The notes under the pieces: model-generated | Told to the model about the DNA's origin: nothing | Seen by the model: only the letters and a program-made list of their open reading frames with translations | Database searches by the model: none | Assembly: GCA_049323655.1 (NCBI GenBank) | Contig: JBMONO010000009.1 | Span: 62,540-126,539 of the forward strand | Length of the DNA: 64,000 nt | Direction of reading: 5' to 3' | Source of the DNA: Thermodesulfobacteriota bacterium | GTDB taxonomy: Bacteria; Desulfobacterota; Desulfobulbia; Desulfobulbales; SURF-16 | Shown: piece after piece, positions 8,792 to 17,512 of the stretch | Position numbering within the stretch: position 1 is the stretch's first letter | Layout of the letters: each line of letters begins with the position of its first letter | Translations under genes and position numbers: made by a program

Positions 8792-10507
8792 TTATTTGTC
8801 GCGACCGCCCCATGCCTTGGCGATGCTGTCAAACTGGTTGGCAAGATACCCTGACAACGATGTCATCTGATTCATGTAGCGATCCAACTCGATAAATTGT
8901 TTGGTCAGCAGTTCGTATTTTTTATCAAGACGATTCGTTTCCTGCTCGATCTTCAATTTGAGGTCAGTGATGCGGACCTGGGCCGAACTTTTCTCGCCTT
9001 CGATCTGTCCTCCCGCCCCGGTGATGTAACGCAACTGATCGTTGACCCTGTCGGCAAAGCCCTCGATATTGCGGTCGCTGTCGCCCAGAAAAAAGGCGCT
9101 GACCCCGTCGGGGTTGTCGGCCAGGGCCTGGTCGAACATTTCTTCATTTAAGGAGATGGAGCCATCACGATTGAACTCCAGTCCGAGATCAAAGAGGGAA
9201 CGGATAGCGCCGGTCCCGTCCGCCAGCACGGAAGATGTCATCAACCGCTGCAGGGTGTACGGCAGATCCCGCACCGTGGTGCGGGCCAGCACGCCGAACT
9301 CCTCTGTTTCGCTGTCGTAACCGGTGGTCGTTTTTATCTCGGTCAGGGCGGCATTATAGGCAGTGACCAGACTTTCGACCATCTCCCGGATTGCTTCATC
9401 GTTTTTACTGATGGTGATGGTGGCGCTGCCTGCTTTTTCGAGATTGATGGTCAGGCCGGAGACAATGTCGGACACCGTGTTGGACTGGCGCTGATAGTTG
9501 ACGCCGTCCACCGCGAACTGGGCATTGAGCGACGCGCCGCCCGCTCCCTCCTGCTCGGCCATCAGCATATCCGGCAACTGGGAGAGAAAGGAGATGCGGC
9601 CGGCCTCGCCGGTCGTGCCGGATTGCAGGCTCAGCCGGTACGGGGTGGCGGCATCGCCGTCATTGATCACCTTCGCAGTGACCCCGGAATTATCGGCAGC
9701 GCCGTTGATGAGATCAGCGAGCCCGGCCAGGGTGGTGTCGGCGGCCACGGCAATGGAGACCACGTCGCCGTCGCCCACCTTGTAAAACAAGGTCTTGTCC
9801 GGCGCGGCGAAATCGAGATCCGCCAGGGTCTCGCTGATCGCCACCCGATTGGTCTCGCCGGTGCCGCCGCTGACATCGCTTTTGACCCGCAAAAATGTCT
9901 CACCATTAAGCTCATAGGTTTCGGCGGTGACGAGCCGACCATTGTCGCCGCCGCCGACGTTATCAACATGGCTGTTGATGGCGGTCACCAGGTCGTTCAT
10001 CGTCATGTCGCCGGCAATGGCGAGCGAAATGGTATCCGCGCCGGCAAAGGTGATGTCGAGCGTTTCCCCGGCCCGGGCGACGATATCGACGGCCGGATCA
10101 GCCACGCCGCTGCCGGATTCCGCGCTCACCGGCACATAGACGCTGGTGCCCGTATCCGCCATGCCGGCGGATGACAGCCAGGAGCTGCGGGAGGCCACCT
10201 TGGTGACATCAAGCGACAGGGTCTGGGCCGTGGTGCCGTCCAGTACCGTCGCCCTGGCGACCTTTTCATCGGAACTGATGACGCTGCGGCCGAGAAAGGA
10301 GCCGGACAGGGAGAGTTTGAGCGCCGCGCTTTTCAGGGACAACAGCTTGCTGTTGACGGTGGAAAGGCCGGTCAGCCGGTTTTCAAATCTGGTGATTTCG
10401 GTCTGCTTGCGATTGACGACCTGCTGATCGATCTTGCGGAGATCCTCCAGCATACCCTGAAGATCGATGCCTGATCCGACGCCAAGCGTTGTGATTGCAC
10501 CAGCCAT
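8792..10507 (-). CDS. fliD: Flagellar filament cap protein FliD
   Basis: ITTLGVGSGIDL N-terminus, NAQFAVDG..RQSNTVSDIVSGLTINL, C-terminal KQFIELD coiled coil. Confidence 0.95.
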   Translation of the reverse strand: MAGAITTLGVGSGIDLQGMLEDLRKIDQQVVNRKQTEITRFENRLTGLSTVNSKLLSLKSAALKLSLSGSFLGRSVISSDEKVARATVLDGTTAQTLSLDVTKVASRSSWLSSAGMADTGTSVYVPVSAESGSGVADPAVDIVARAGETLDITFAGADTISLAIAGDMTMNDLVTAINSHVDNVGGGDNGRLVTAETYELNGETFLRVKSDVSGGTGETNRVAISETLADLDFAAPDKTLFYKVGDGDVVSIAVAADTTLAGLADLINGAADNSGVTAKVINDGDAATPYRLSLQSGTTGEAGRISFLSQLPDMLMAEQEGAGGASLNAQFAVDGVNYQRQSNTVSDIVSGLTINLEKAGSATITISKNDEAIREMVESLVTAYNAALTEIKTTTGYDSETEEFGVLARTTVRDLPYTLQRLMTSSVLADGTGAIRSLFDLGLEFNRDGSISLNEEMFDQALADNPDGVSAFFLGDSDRNIEGFADRVNDQLRYITGAGGQIEGEKSSAQVRITDLKLKIEQETNRLDKKYELLTKQFIELDRYMNQMTSLSGYLANQFDSIAKAWGGRDK

Positions 10508-10561
10508 ATCTGCCTCCCCATGAATGGCGATAGCCGTCCTTCGCCTTTTTCCTACAGTATA

Positions 10562-10589
10562 CTATCGACATCCGGACCGGAGAACTTGA
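10562..10589 (-). promoter_or_regulatory. sigma28 (FliA) promoter for the fliD operon
   Basis: TCAA-N16-GTCGATAG preceded by an A8 tract, same upstream context as the fliC promoter. Confidence 0.7.
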
Positions 10590-10648
10590 ATTTTTTTTAC
10601 CGATCGTTCGCAGACCTGCGCCCCTCTATCTCCCTGGCGCGCGCCACG

Positions 10649-10682
10649 AAAAAGGGGTGGCGGCCTCATCGCCGCCACCCCT
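10649..10682 (-). terminator. Rho-independent terminator of fliC
   Basis: Perfect 12-bp stem AGGGGTGGCGGC/GCCGCCACCCCT ending in a U tract on the minus strand. Confidence 0.9.
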
Positions 10683-10752
10683 GTTGAGGTTTTCATCAAC
10701 TCCCGCTTCAACGCTGCAACGTTCACACGTTTCAACGTTTTTCAACCACCCA

Positions 10753-13176
10753 TTATCCCTGCAGCAGACTCAGAACGTTCTGGGCGCTGGCATTGGCCTG
10801 GGCCATGGCAAAGGTGCTGGCCTGAGTCAGAATCTGCATCTTGGAGAAGTTAGCCGACTCCTCGGCAAAGTCAACGTCACGGATCGCCGATTCCGCGGCC
10901 GAGATGTTGACCCGGGTGACCGAGACGTTGGAGATGGTCGCGGTCAACTGGTTCTGGACGGAACCGAGGTCGGAACGAACCTTGTCGAGATCCTTCAGGG
11001 CCGAATCCGCCACCGTGATGGCGATCTGGGCGTCTTCCTGGGTGAGCACGCTCAAGCTGGACAGACGGTTGGTTTCGGTGTCCGCCACCTTGGTGCCCGA
11101 GGCGCCGCCGGCGTTGGCCGCCAGGGTGGAACCGGACTGAATAACCGAATCCTTCGCGATAGTCATATCATTCGCCAGGGTTTGATCACCGGTGGTGACA
11201 TAATCACGCTCAAGGGTTGTTCCGGCGGTAATGGTAACGGTACTGCCGCCGGCATCCAGCACGTTCATGTCATTGGTCAGCACCGTTCCCTGGGCCAGAG
11301 TACTGCCGCTTTTCAGAATAGACCCGGCTGCCAGACTGACCGCATTCTGCGCCGTCAGAGTGCTGCCGGCGGCGGTCACGACGTTGCCGCCCAGGGTGGA
11401 ACCGGCGGCAAGGGTACTAGCCGTGGCAATGGTGGAGCCTGACTCGAGAGCCGTTGCCTGGGTGGTAGTCAACGCAGCGGTGGTCGTGACATTGCCGCCG
11501 ACCTGACTGCCGGCAAGCAGGGTTGAGCCTGTCGCCTCGATCGTGCTTCCAGCCTTGACGGTCATATCCTGGGTCAATGTCGTGTTGCCGGCAGTGACCA
11601 GATCCACGCCAAAATAGGAACCGGTATTCAGGGTGCTGCTATTATTAAGAACAGTGCCATGGGCCACGACCATATCGGAACTCAGAGTCACGGCGGAGGC
11701 AGCCAGGGTCGTATCCGCGTTGAGCACGGTGCCGGCCTTGATCGTGTCGCCATTGCTATCGACAAGATCCTGGGTGACAACGGTACCGGCCGCCAGGGTG
11801 GAGCTTGCCGCCAGAGTGGAGCCTGCGGTCAGCAGGGCCGCGCCGGTGGTGGTATAAGTGGCGGCGGAGGTGGTGAACTTGCCGCCCAGCACCGAGCCGG
11901 ACTCGATAGTCGATGTACCGCCGATGGTGGAACCGGCCTTGATAACGGAATCATAGGTACCGGAAATATTGGCGGTAAAGTTGGTATCACCGACCAGATT
12001 GCCGCCGATGGTGGTGCCGGCCGCCAAGGTACTTGCCGAGGCGATGGTGGAGCCGGCCGCCAGGGTGGAGTCTATAATAGTGCTCATGGCACTGGCGGTG
12101 GTGACATTGGTGGTGAAGTCGGTAGCCGAACCGCCGGCCAGGTCTGTTACGAGCAGCTCGTTGGCGCCATACTGGGTCAACTGGATATGACCGAAGGTGC
12201 TCATGTTGGAGCCGGCCAGTACGGTGCCGGTGCCGCCGGTGACGGAGATCGCCCTACCGTCGGTGGAGGTCAGGGTCAACTTGCCGTCTGCGCTGGTGCT
12301 GGCAACGACACCGTGATCAGCGGTTTTATTGTTGATCGCCTTGACCAGAGCACCATCGGCATCATTATCGCTGACCGTTACCTTGCCGATGGAGACGCCG
12401 TTGATGGCGAAATCGGAACCGGTGGTGCCGGCGGCAACCGAATTGGCGCTGGTGGACTCAACCACCGCCTTGGCGGAGATACCGAGCACGTCGGAAAGCT
12501 TATTGATGGCATCCTGGAGCGCGCCCATGCTGTTTTCGCGACTGTTGTTCGCCTTAATGTCAACCGCTTCAACGCTGAAGGCCTTGCTCTGCAGGTTGCT
12601 GTAGATGGAAAGCTGGACCGTGCCGCCCGACGAGTTGGTCAGTGACAGATTACCGGAGGTGACGTGGCCTATCTTGTTTGACTCCGAGGAGCCGATGGAG
12701 ATTGAGACCGTCTCACCGGAGTAGGCGCCGACCTGGAACTTCTTGTTGGTGAAGTTACCGGAGAGCAGTTTCTGATTATTGAACGAGGTGGTGCGAGCGA
12801 TCATATCAAGCTCTTCCAGCAGCTTGGTGATGTCCGACTGGATCGCCTTCCGGGATTCGGTGGTCTGTCCGTCCTGGGCAGCCTGAATCGCCTTGGTTTT
12901 GATGGTGTTGACGATGTTGATGGACTCTTCCAGGGCACCGTCAGCGGTCTGCACCATGGCGATACCGTCGTTGGCGTTCCTGATCGCCTGGCCGAGACCA
13001 AGGGCCTGGGACTTCAACGAGTCGGCAATGGCCATGCCCGAAGCATCATCGGCGGCGCGATTGATGCGCAGACCGGATGAGAGCTTCTCCAGGGATGACG
13101 ACAAGGCGTTGTCGTTTTTCACCATGTTTTTGTGGGCACTGAGCGCTGCGATGTTGGTGTTGATGCGTAATGCCAT
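10753..13176 (-). CDS. fliC: Flagellin (807 aa) with large Ser/Thr-rich repeat insert
   Basis: MALRINTNIAAL..LSSGLRINRAADDASG; C-terminal RSDLGSVQNQL..AESAIRDVDFAEE..QNVLSLLQG. Confidence 0.98.
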   Translation of the reverse strand: MALRINTNIAALSAHKNMVKNDNALSSSLEKLSSGLRINRAADDASGMAIADSLKSQALGLGQAIRNANDGIAMVQTADGALEESINIVNTIKTKAIQAAQDGQTTESRKAIQSDITKLLEELDMIARTTSFNNQKLLSGNFTNKKFQVGAYSGETVSISIGSSESNKIGHVTSGNLSLTNSSGGTVQLSIYSNLQSKAFSVEAVDIKANNSRENSMGALQDAINKLSDVLGISAKAVVESTSANSVAAGTTGSDFAINGVSIGKVTVSDNDADGALVKAINNKTADHGVVASTSADGKLTLTSTDGRAISVTGGTGTVLAGSNMSTFGHIQLTQYGANELLVTDLAGGSATDFTTNVTTASAMSTIIDSTLAAGSTIASASTLAAGTTIGGNLVGDTNFTANISGTYDSVIKAGSTIGGTSTIESGSVLGGKFTTSAATYTTTGAALLTAGSTLAASSTLAAGTVVTQDLVDSNGDTIKAGTVLNADTTLAASAVTLSSDMVVAHGTVLNNSSTLNTGSYFGVDLVTAGNTTLTQDMTVKAGSTIEATGSTLLAGSQVGGNVTTTAALTTTQATALESGSTIATASTLAAGSTLGGNVVTAAGSTLTAQNAVSLAAGSILKSGSTLAQGTVLTNDMNVLDAGGSTVTITAGTTLERDYVTTGDQTLANDMTIAKDSVIQSGSTLAANAGGASGTKVADTETNRLSSLSVLTQEDAQIAITVADSALKDLDKVRSDLGSVQNQLTATISNVSVTRVNISAAESAIRDVDFAEESANFSKMQILTQASTFAMAQANASAQNVLSLLQG
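11113..12069 (-). repeat. Degenerate protein repeats in the flagellin variable region (about 8 blocks of hexapeptide repeats)
   Basis: e.g. LAAGST-IASAST-LAAGTT-IGG; IKAGST-IGGTST-IESGSV-LGG; LESGST-IATAST-LAAGST-LGG. Confidence 0.85.
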
Positions 13177-13184
13177 GATTTTTC

Positions 13185-13287
13185 CTCCATGAGAGTGAGA
13201 TTGGGAATCCTTTCCCGTGTGTTACGTGAAAAAGTTGTAAAACAGAATCCTGAAGATTTTTTATCGCGGAATTACCACCTCCTTCTG
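13185..13287 (-). promoter_or_regulatory. Putative CsrA/RsmA binding sites in the fliC 5' UTR
   Basis: GGGAA-AGGA-UUCCC hairpin (13203-13216), AAUC-UUCAG-GAUU (13246-13258), CUCAUGGAG over the SD, and AGAAGGAGG. Confidence 0.65.
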
Positions 13288-13329
13288 TTTTCTTTGTATT
13301 TACATGCGTACAAGTCGTTTTCAATGTGC

Positions 13330-13356
13330 TTATCGGCCCATCTTTTCTTCTCTTGA
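13330..13356 (-). promoter_or_regulatory. sigma28 (FliA) promoter of fliC
   Basis: TCAA-N15-GCCGATAA, near consensus, preceded by an A8 tract. Confidence 0.9.
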
Positions 13357-13496
13357 ATTTTTTTTCCTCTTACTCCAAACAGATAAAAACCTTTACAACA
13401 GCCGGCCCTTACGCAACAATACACAACAAACGGGTATATTTATTGCAGACAACCCACCGCACATCATCAAAAGTCTGCCGGCAACGGAAAACACAA

Positions 13497-16400
13497 ATGA
13501 AAAAAAAACAAAAACACCACCGATCCGAGACCGGGCCTTATGCCGGAACACGGCAACTAACGGCATCCGCCATCATAACGCACCTGCAGAACGCCGTGGG
13601 ATTGCAAAACAGCGGAGAATTTTCCCGGGCAAAAAAAATTTACCGGGAGGTCCTGGCAACAGATCCCACCAATCAGGACGCCCTGCACCTGAGCGGTCTG
13701 ATCGCCATTCATGATCAAAAATTTGACACCGCCAGAGAACTCATCAACCGGGCCATTGCCAGGGCGCCGCACATTGCGGTTTTCCACATCAGCCTCGGCG
13801 CGGCCCTGGCCGGTCTGCGCGACTATGAGGGCGCGGCGGACGCCTTCCGCCGCGCCCTCCACCTTGATCCGGACAACACCGAGGCGCTGTTTCAGCTTGG
13901 CAATCTCCACAAGAACCAAGGCAAATTCACGGAAGCCCAATCCTGCTACCGGCAGGTTCTGCGCCAGCTGCCGAACCATGTCGCCACATTGAACAATCTT
14001 GGCAACATCCACAAGGATCTCGGCAGATTCACCGAGGCCATCACCTGCTACCGCCAGGCCATTGCCGCCGATCCCACGGTTGCCGATCTCTACATTAATC
14101 TGGGCAACGCCTACAAAGATATGCTGATGCCGCAGGAGGCGATCAACAGCTATCTAAAGGCCATTGAGGTCCGCCCCGACTTTCCGGATCCCTACAACAA
14201 TATCGGCTATGTTCTCCAGCATACCGGCAAGCTGCACGATGCCCTCGACTACTACCAAAAGGCTTTGAACATTCATCCCGATCTGCCCGAGGTCTACCAT
14301 AATCTCGGCAACGTCCACAAGGACATGGGGCACTTTCCGGAGGCGATCGCCGCCTATCGCAAAGCGGTCGCATTGCGGCCGGATTTCGTCAACGCCCACA
14401 CCAACATCCTCTTTGCCATGAACTATGACGAAAAGGCCGACCCCACAGCAATGCTCCGCGAGGCACACCAATGGTGGACGCAGCAGGCGGCGCATCTGGC
14501 TGATCGCTATCACCTGACCAACGACCCAGATCCGGACCGCCGGCTGCGCATCGGGTACGTCTCGCCCGATTTCTGCATCCATTCGGTGAGTTTTTTCTTT
14601 CTCTCCCTGTTGGAAGCACATGACAATAATCAGTTTGAGATCTTCTGCTATTCCGATACCCCGCGGCCCGATGCCATGACTGCCCGCCTCCAGGGCCTTG
14701 CCCATCACTGGCGGCAGACAACCGGACTGCCGGATGAGGCGGTCGCCGATCAGATCCAGGCCGACGCCATCGACATCCTTTTTGACCTGACCGGGCATAC
14801 TGCTCACAACCGCCTGCTGGTCTTTGCCCGCCGACCGGCACCGGTCCAGGTTGCCTGGCTTGGCTACCCGAACACTACCGGCGTCGCCACCATTGGCTAC
14901 CGCATCACCGATGCCATTGCCGATCCTCCCGGCACCTCCGACCCCTTTTATACGGAAAAGCTGGTTCGTCTGCCCGGCTGCTTTCTCTGTTACTCGCCGC
15001 CGGAAAGCGCCCCGGCCATCGGCACACTCCCCGCCGAGGGGCAGGGGACAATCACCTTCGGCTCATTCAACAACATCACCAAAACCTCGGAATCGGTGAT
15101 CCGACTCTGGTGCGACATCCTTCACCAGGTGCAGGATTCGCGCATCCTGCTGAAAAGCATCGTCTTCGAGGATCCCGCCACCCGACAGCGTTATCTCGAC
15201 ATCTTTCACCGCTACGGCATTTCCCCCAATCGGATTTTCCTCAAAAAACGGACCGCCTCCACCGAAGAACATCTCAGTCTCTACAATGAGGTGGACATCG
15301 GCCTTGACCCCTTTCCCTACAACGGCACCACCACCACCTGCGAGGCGCTGTGGATGGGGGTGCCGGTCATCGCCCTGCGGGGCGACCTGCACTGCGCCCG
15401 GGTAAGCGCCAGCATCCTGACCAGCTGCACATTGAACCATCTGATCGCCGAAAACCCGGAGGAATATGTCCGCAAGGCGGTGGCCCTGGCCAATGACCGC
15501 GAACAACTGCGCGGGTTCAGAACCCATGCCCGCGCCATCCTTGCCGCCTCTGTTCTCTGCGACAAGCGACGTTTCGCCCAGGAGATGGAAGCGGCCTTAC
15601 GGGCCATGTGGCGTGACTGGTGCGCAACAATCACCCCCCGGGCCGACATCCATCAGGAGAACACCATGACAACAGACACGGCGGCCAAGTTGAACAGCAA
15701 AGGCGAGGAACTTTTCGGCGAAGGACGCATCGCTGAGGCGGAGGCCCTCTTTGTCCGGGCCATTGCCCTTGATCCGGCCTGCGCCACCGCCTTTAACAAT
15801 CTCGGCGTCCTCCATTATCATCGCGCCGAGTACGACGAGGCCCTGCGCTGCTTCCGCAAGACCCTGGAGATCGCCCCGGAGGGCGGCGCCGCCCTGGAAA
15901 ATATCGGCGAGCTGCTCAAGGCGGTGCAGGGCGCATCGCCCCCTCTTGCCGCAGATCCCGGCCAACCGACCGAAAGCCGGGAGACGATCATGGCCGGCAT
16001 CAATGCCTTTCCCTTCTGGTACCACAAAATCGAGCTGCCGGGCGGCATTGTCACGCCTGGCTATGCCCCCATTGATGCCGCCGCCTATCGTATTCCGGCC
16101 GATCTTTCCGGTAAACGGGTGCTCGATGTCGGGGCATGGGACGGCTACTGGAGCTTCGCGGCCCTGAAAAGGGGGGCGCGGGAGGTGGTCGCCATCGACG
16201 ACTTCAGCGATTACCTGGGCTCGCTGGAAAAACGCGACCGCAAGGCGTGGGAGACCTTTGATTTCTGCAAAAAACAGCTCGGCTACGGCGACGACCGCTG
16301 CAAGCGCATGGAAATGACCGTCTACGAGGCAGACGAAGCCAGGCTTGGTCGGTTCGACGTCATCTTCTTCTTTGGCACCCTCTACCACCTCCGCTATCCG

Positions 16401-16727
16401 CTCCTCGCCCTTGATCGGCTCGCCGCCCTCTGTGACGGCGAAATCTTTGTCGAAACCGCCATCCTCGACGATTTCAGCCCATACAACGGCGGCCTGGGCA
16501 AGGGATATCCCGGTCGCCAGATGGTGATGGAGTTCTATCCGGGCAAGGAATATGGCAATAATGAGACCAACTGGTGGGCCCCCACCCTCTATTGCCTGAT
16601 CAACATGGTCCAGGCCGCCGGCTTCAGCAACTGCCGCGGCTGGAAACTGACCGACAGCCCGGGGGAACTGCCGCATTGCCGGGGATTCGCCTATGGCAAC
16701 AAATGGCAAGAGCAGCACAGCGCATAA
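13497..16727 (+). CDS. TPR + SPINDLY-clade GT41 protein O-glycosyltransferase + TPR + class I SAM methyltransferase fusion
   Basis: Multiple TPRs (NNLGN repeats); RIGYVSPDF..HSV, DLTGHTAHNRL, WLGYPNTTG, FGSFNN, PYNGTTTTCEALWMGVP; C-terminal VLDVGAWDG, GTLYHLRYP. ATG 13497 preferred because the track start 13326 overlaps the fliC promoter. Confidence 0.9.
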   Translation: MKKKQKHHRSETGPYAGTRQLTASAIITHLQNAVGLQNSGEFSRAKKIYREVLATDPTNQDALHLSGLIAIHDQKFDTARELINRAIARAPHIAVFHISLGAALAGLRDYEGAADAFRRALHLDPDNTEALFQLGNLHKNQGKFTEAQSCYRQVLRQLPNHVATLNNLGNIHKDLGRFTEAITCYRQAIAADPTVADLYINLGNAYKDMLMPQEAINSYLKAIEVRPDFPDPYNNIGYVLQHTGKLHDALDYYQKALNIHPDLPEVYHNLGNVHKDMGHFPEAIAAYRKAVALRPDFVNAHTNILFAMNYDEKADPTAMLREAHQWWTQQAAHLADRYHLTNDPDPDRRLRIGYVSPDFCIHSVSFFFLSLLEAHDNNQFEIFCYSDTPRPDAMTARLQGLAHHWRQTTGLPDEAVADQIQADAIDILFDLTGHTAHNRLLVFARRPAPVQVAWLGYPNTTGVATIGYRITDAIADPPGTSDPFYTEKLVRLPGCFLCYSPPESAPAIGTLPAEGQGTITFGSFNNITKTSESVIRLWCDILHQVQDSRILLKSIVFEDPATRQRYLDIFHRYGISPNRIFLKKRTASTEEHLSLYNEVDIGLDPFPYNGTTTTCEALWMGVPVIALRGDLHCARVSASILTSCTLNHLIAENPEEYVRKAVALANDREQLRGFRTHARAILAASVLCDKRRFAQEMEAALRAMWRDWCATITPRADIHQENTMTTDTAAKLNSKGEELFGEGRIAEAEALFVRAIALDPACATAFNNLGVLHYHRAEYDEALRCFRKTLEIAPEGGAALENIGELLKAVQGASPPLAADPGQPTESRETIMAGINAFPFWYHKIELPGGIVTPGYAPIDAAAYRIPADLSGKRVLDVGAWDGYWSFAALKRGAREVVAIDDFSDYLGSLEKRDRKAWETFDFCKKQLGYGDDRCKRMEMTVYEADEARLGRFDVIFFFGTLYHLRYPLLALDRLAALCDGEIFVETAILDDFSPYNGGLGKGYPGRQMVMEFYPGKEYGNNETNWWAPTLYCLINMVQAAGFSNCRGWKLTDSPGELPHCRGFAYGNKWQEQHSA

Positions 16728-16788
16728 CGAGGCTTTCGGGACTTCATGGCCGCCGCACCAGCAAAGTCGCGCTCTGCGCACGAATACA

Positions 16789-16817
16789 TTGACGCGCCAT
16801 AACAGGAATGATACCCT
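16789..16817 (+). promoter_or_regulatory. Putative sigma70 promoter for the glycosylation operon
   Basis: TTGACG-N17-TACCCT with TG extended -10. Confidence 0.4.
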
Positions 16818-16876
16818 TGACACAAAATGATCATTCACCGAACGAACAAAAAACACTCGCTCCCGGGCCGCAACAA

Positions 16877-17506
16877 ATGATTAATATCGATCATTCCTCC
16901 TTTCTCCTCCCGACCAAGACATTCAGGCGTCTTACCATCCTGCTGACCATCCATCATGCTCCCCGCATCAGCCAGCATAAAATCGCCCAGGAAACACATT
17001 TGAGCAGCTCCATGGTGAACAGCTACATCAAACTGCTGACAGCAGAAGGATCGCTTACGGTTTCCAGCCGCAACAATCGCGATTGCAACTATCAGCTCAC
17101 CCCACAGGGAAAAAATGAACTGGCCTCCCTGCTCATGAGCTATTCCGCCGAAATCGTCCAATTTTACGCCCAGGCAAAAAACGAAATCTCAAACCGCATC
17201 AAAACGCTGGTCAACGGCAGGCAACAGCTGCGCTTTGTCCTCTTCGGCGCCTCTGCAACCTGCGAACTGGCCATGCGGGCGCTGGAGAATTTTCCCCAGG
17301 TTGAAATCGCCGGCATCGTTGACAGCCAGCCGGGCAAACAGGGCGAGCAGTTCAACGGTTTTACCGTTCAAAAACCGAATGCCATCACTAGCATCAAGCC
17401 GGACTGCGTGCTGATAACATCCTATGCCAAACAGGATGAGATCTACGATGCCACCAAACATCTCGAAAAAAACGGGATTACCGTACAGCGACTCACCGCG
17501 GTGTAA
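16877..17506 (+). CDS. MarR-like winged-helix regulator with C-terminal Rossmann-like domain
   Basis: ISQHKIAQETHLSSSMVNSYIKLL..YQLTPQG; C-terminal VLFGAS..IVDSQPGKQG. Alternative start 16808. Confidence 0.8.
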   Translation: MINIDHSSFLLPTKTFRRLTILLTIHHAPRISQHKIAQETHLSSSMVNSYIKLLTAEGSLTVSSRNNRDCNYQLTPQGKNELASLLMSYSAEIVQFYAQAKNEISNRIKTLVNGRQQLRFVLFGASATCELAMRALENFPQVEIAGIVDSQPGKQGEQFNGFTVQKPNAITSIKPDCVLITSYAKQDEIYDATKHLEKNGITVQRLTAV

Positions 17507-17512
17507 ACAGTC

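Noticed and set aside
11113..12069. Ice-nucleation-protein-like repeats (AGST)
   Set aside because: Lacks the AGYGSTxT octamer/16-mer periodicity; spacing is six residues.
13326..13496. N-terminal extension of the GT41 ORF in the track
   Set aside because: Overlaps the fliC sigma28 promoter and AT-rich intergenic DNA; ATG 13497 is more plausible.
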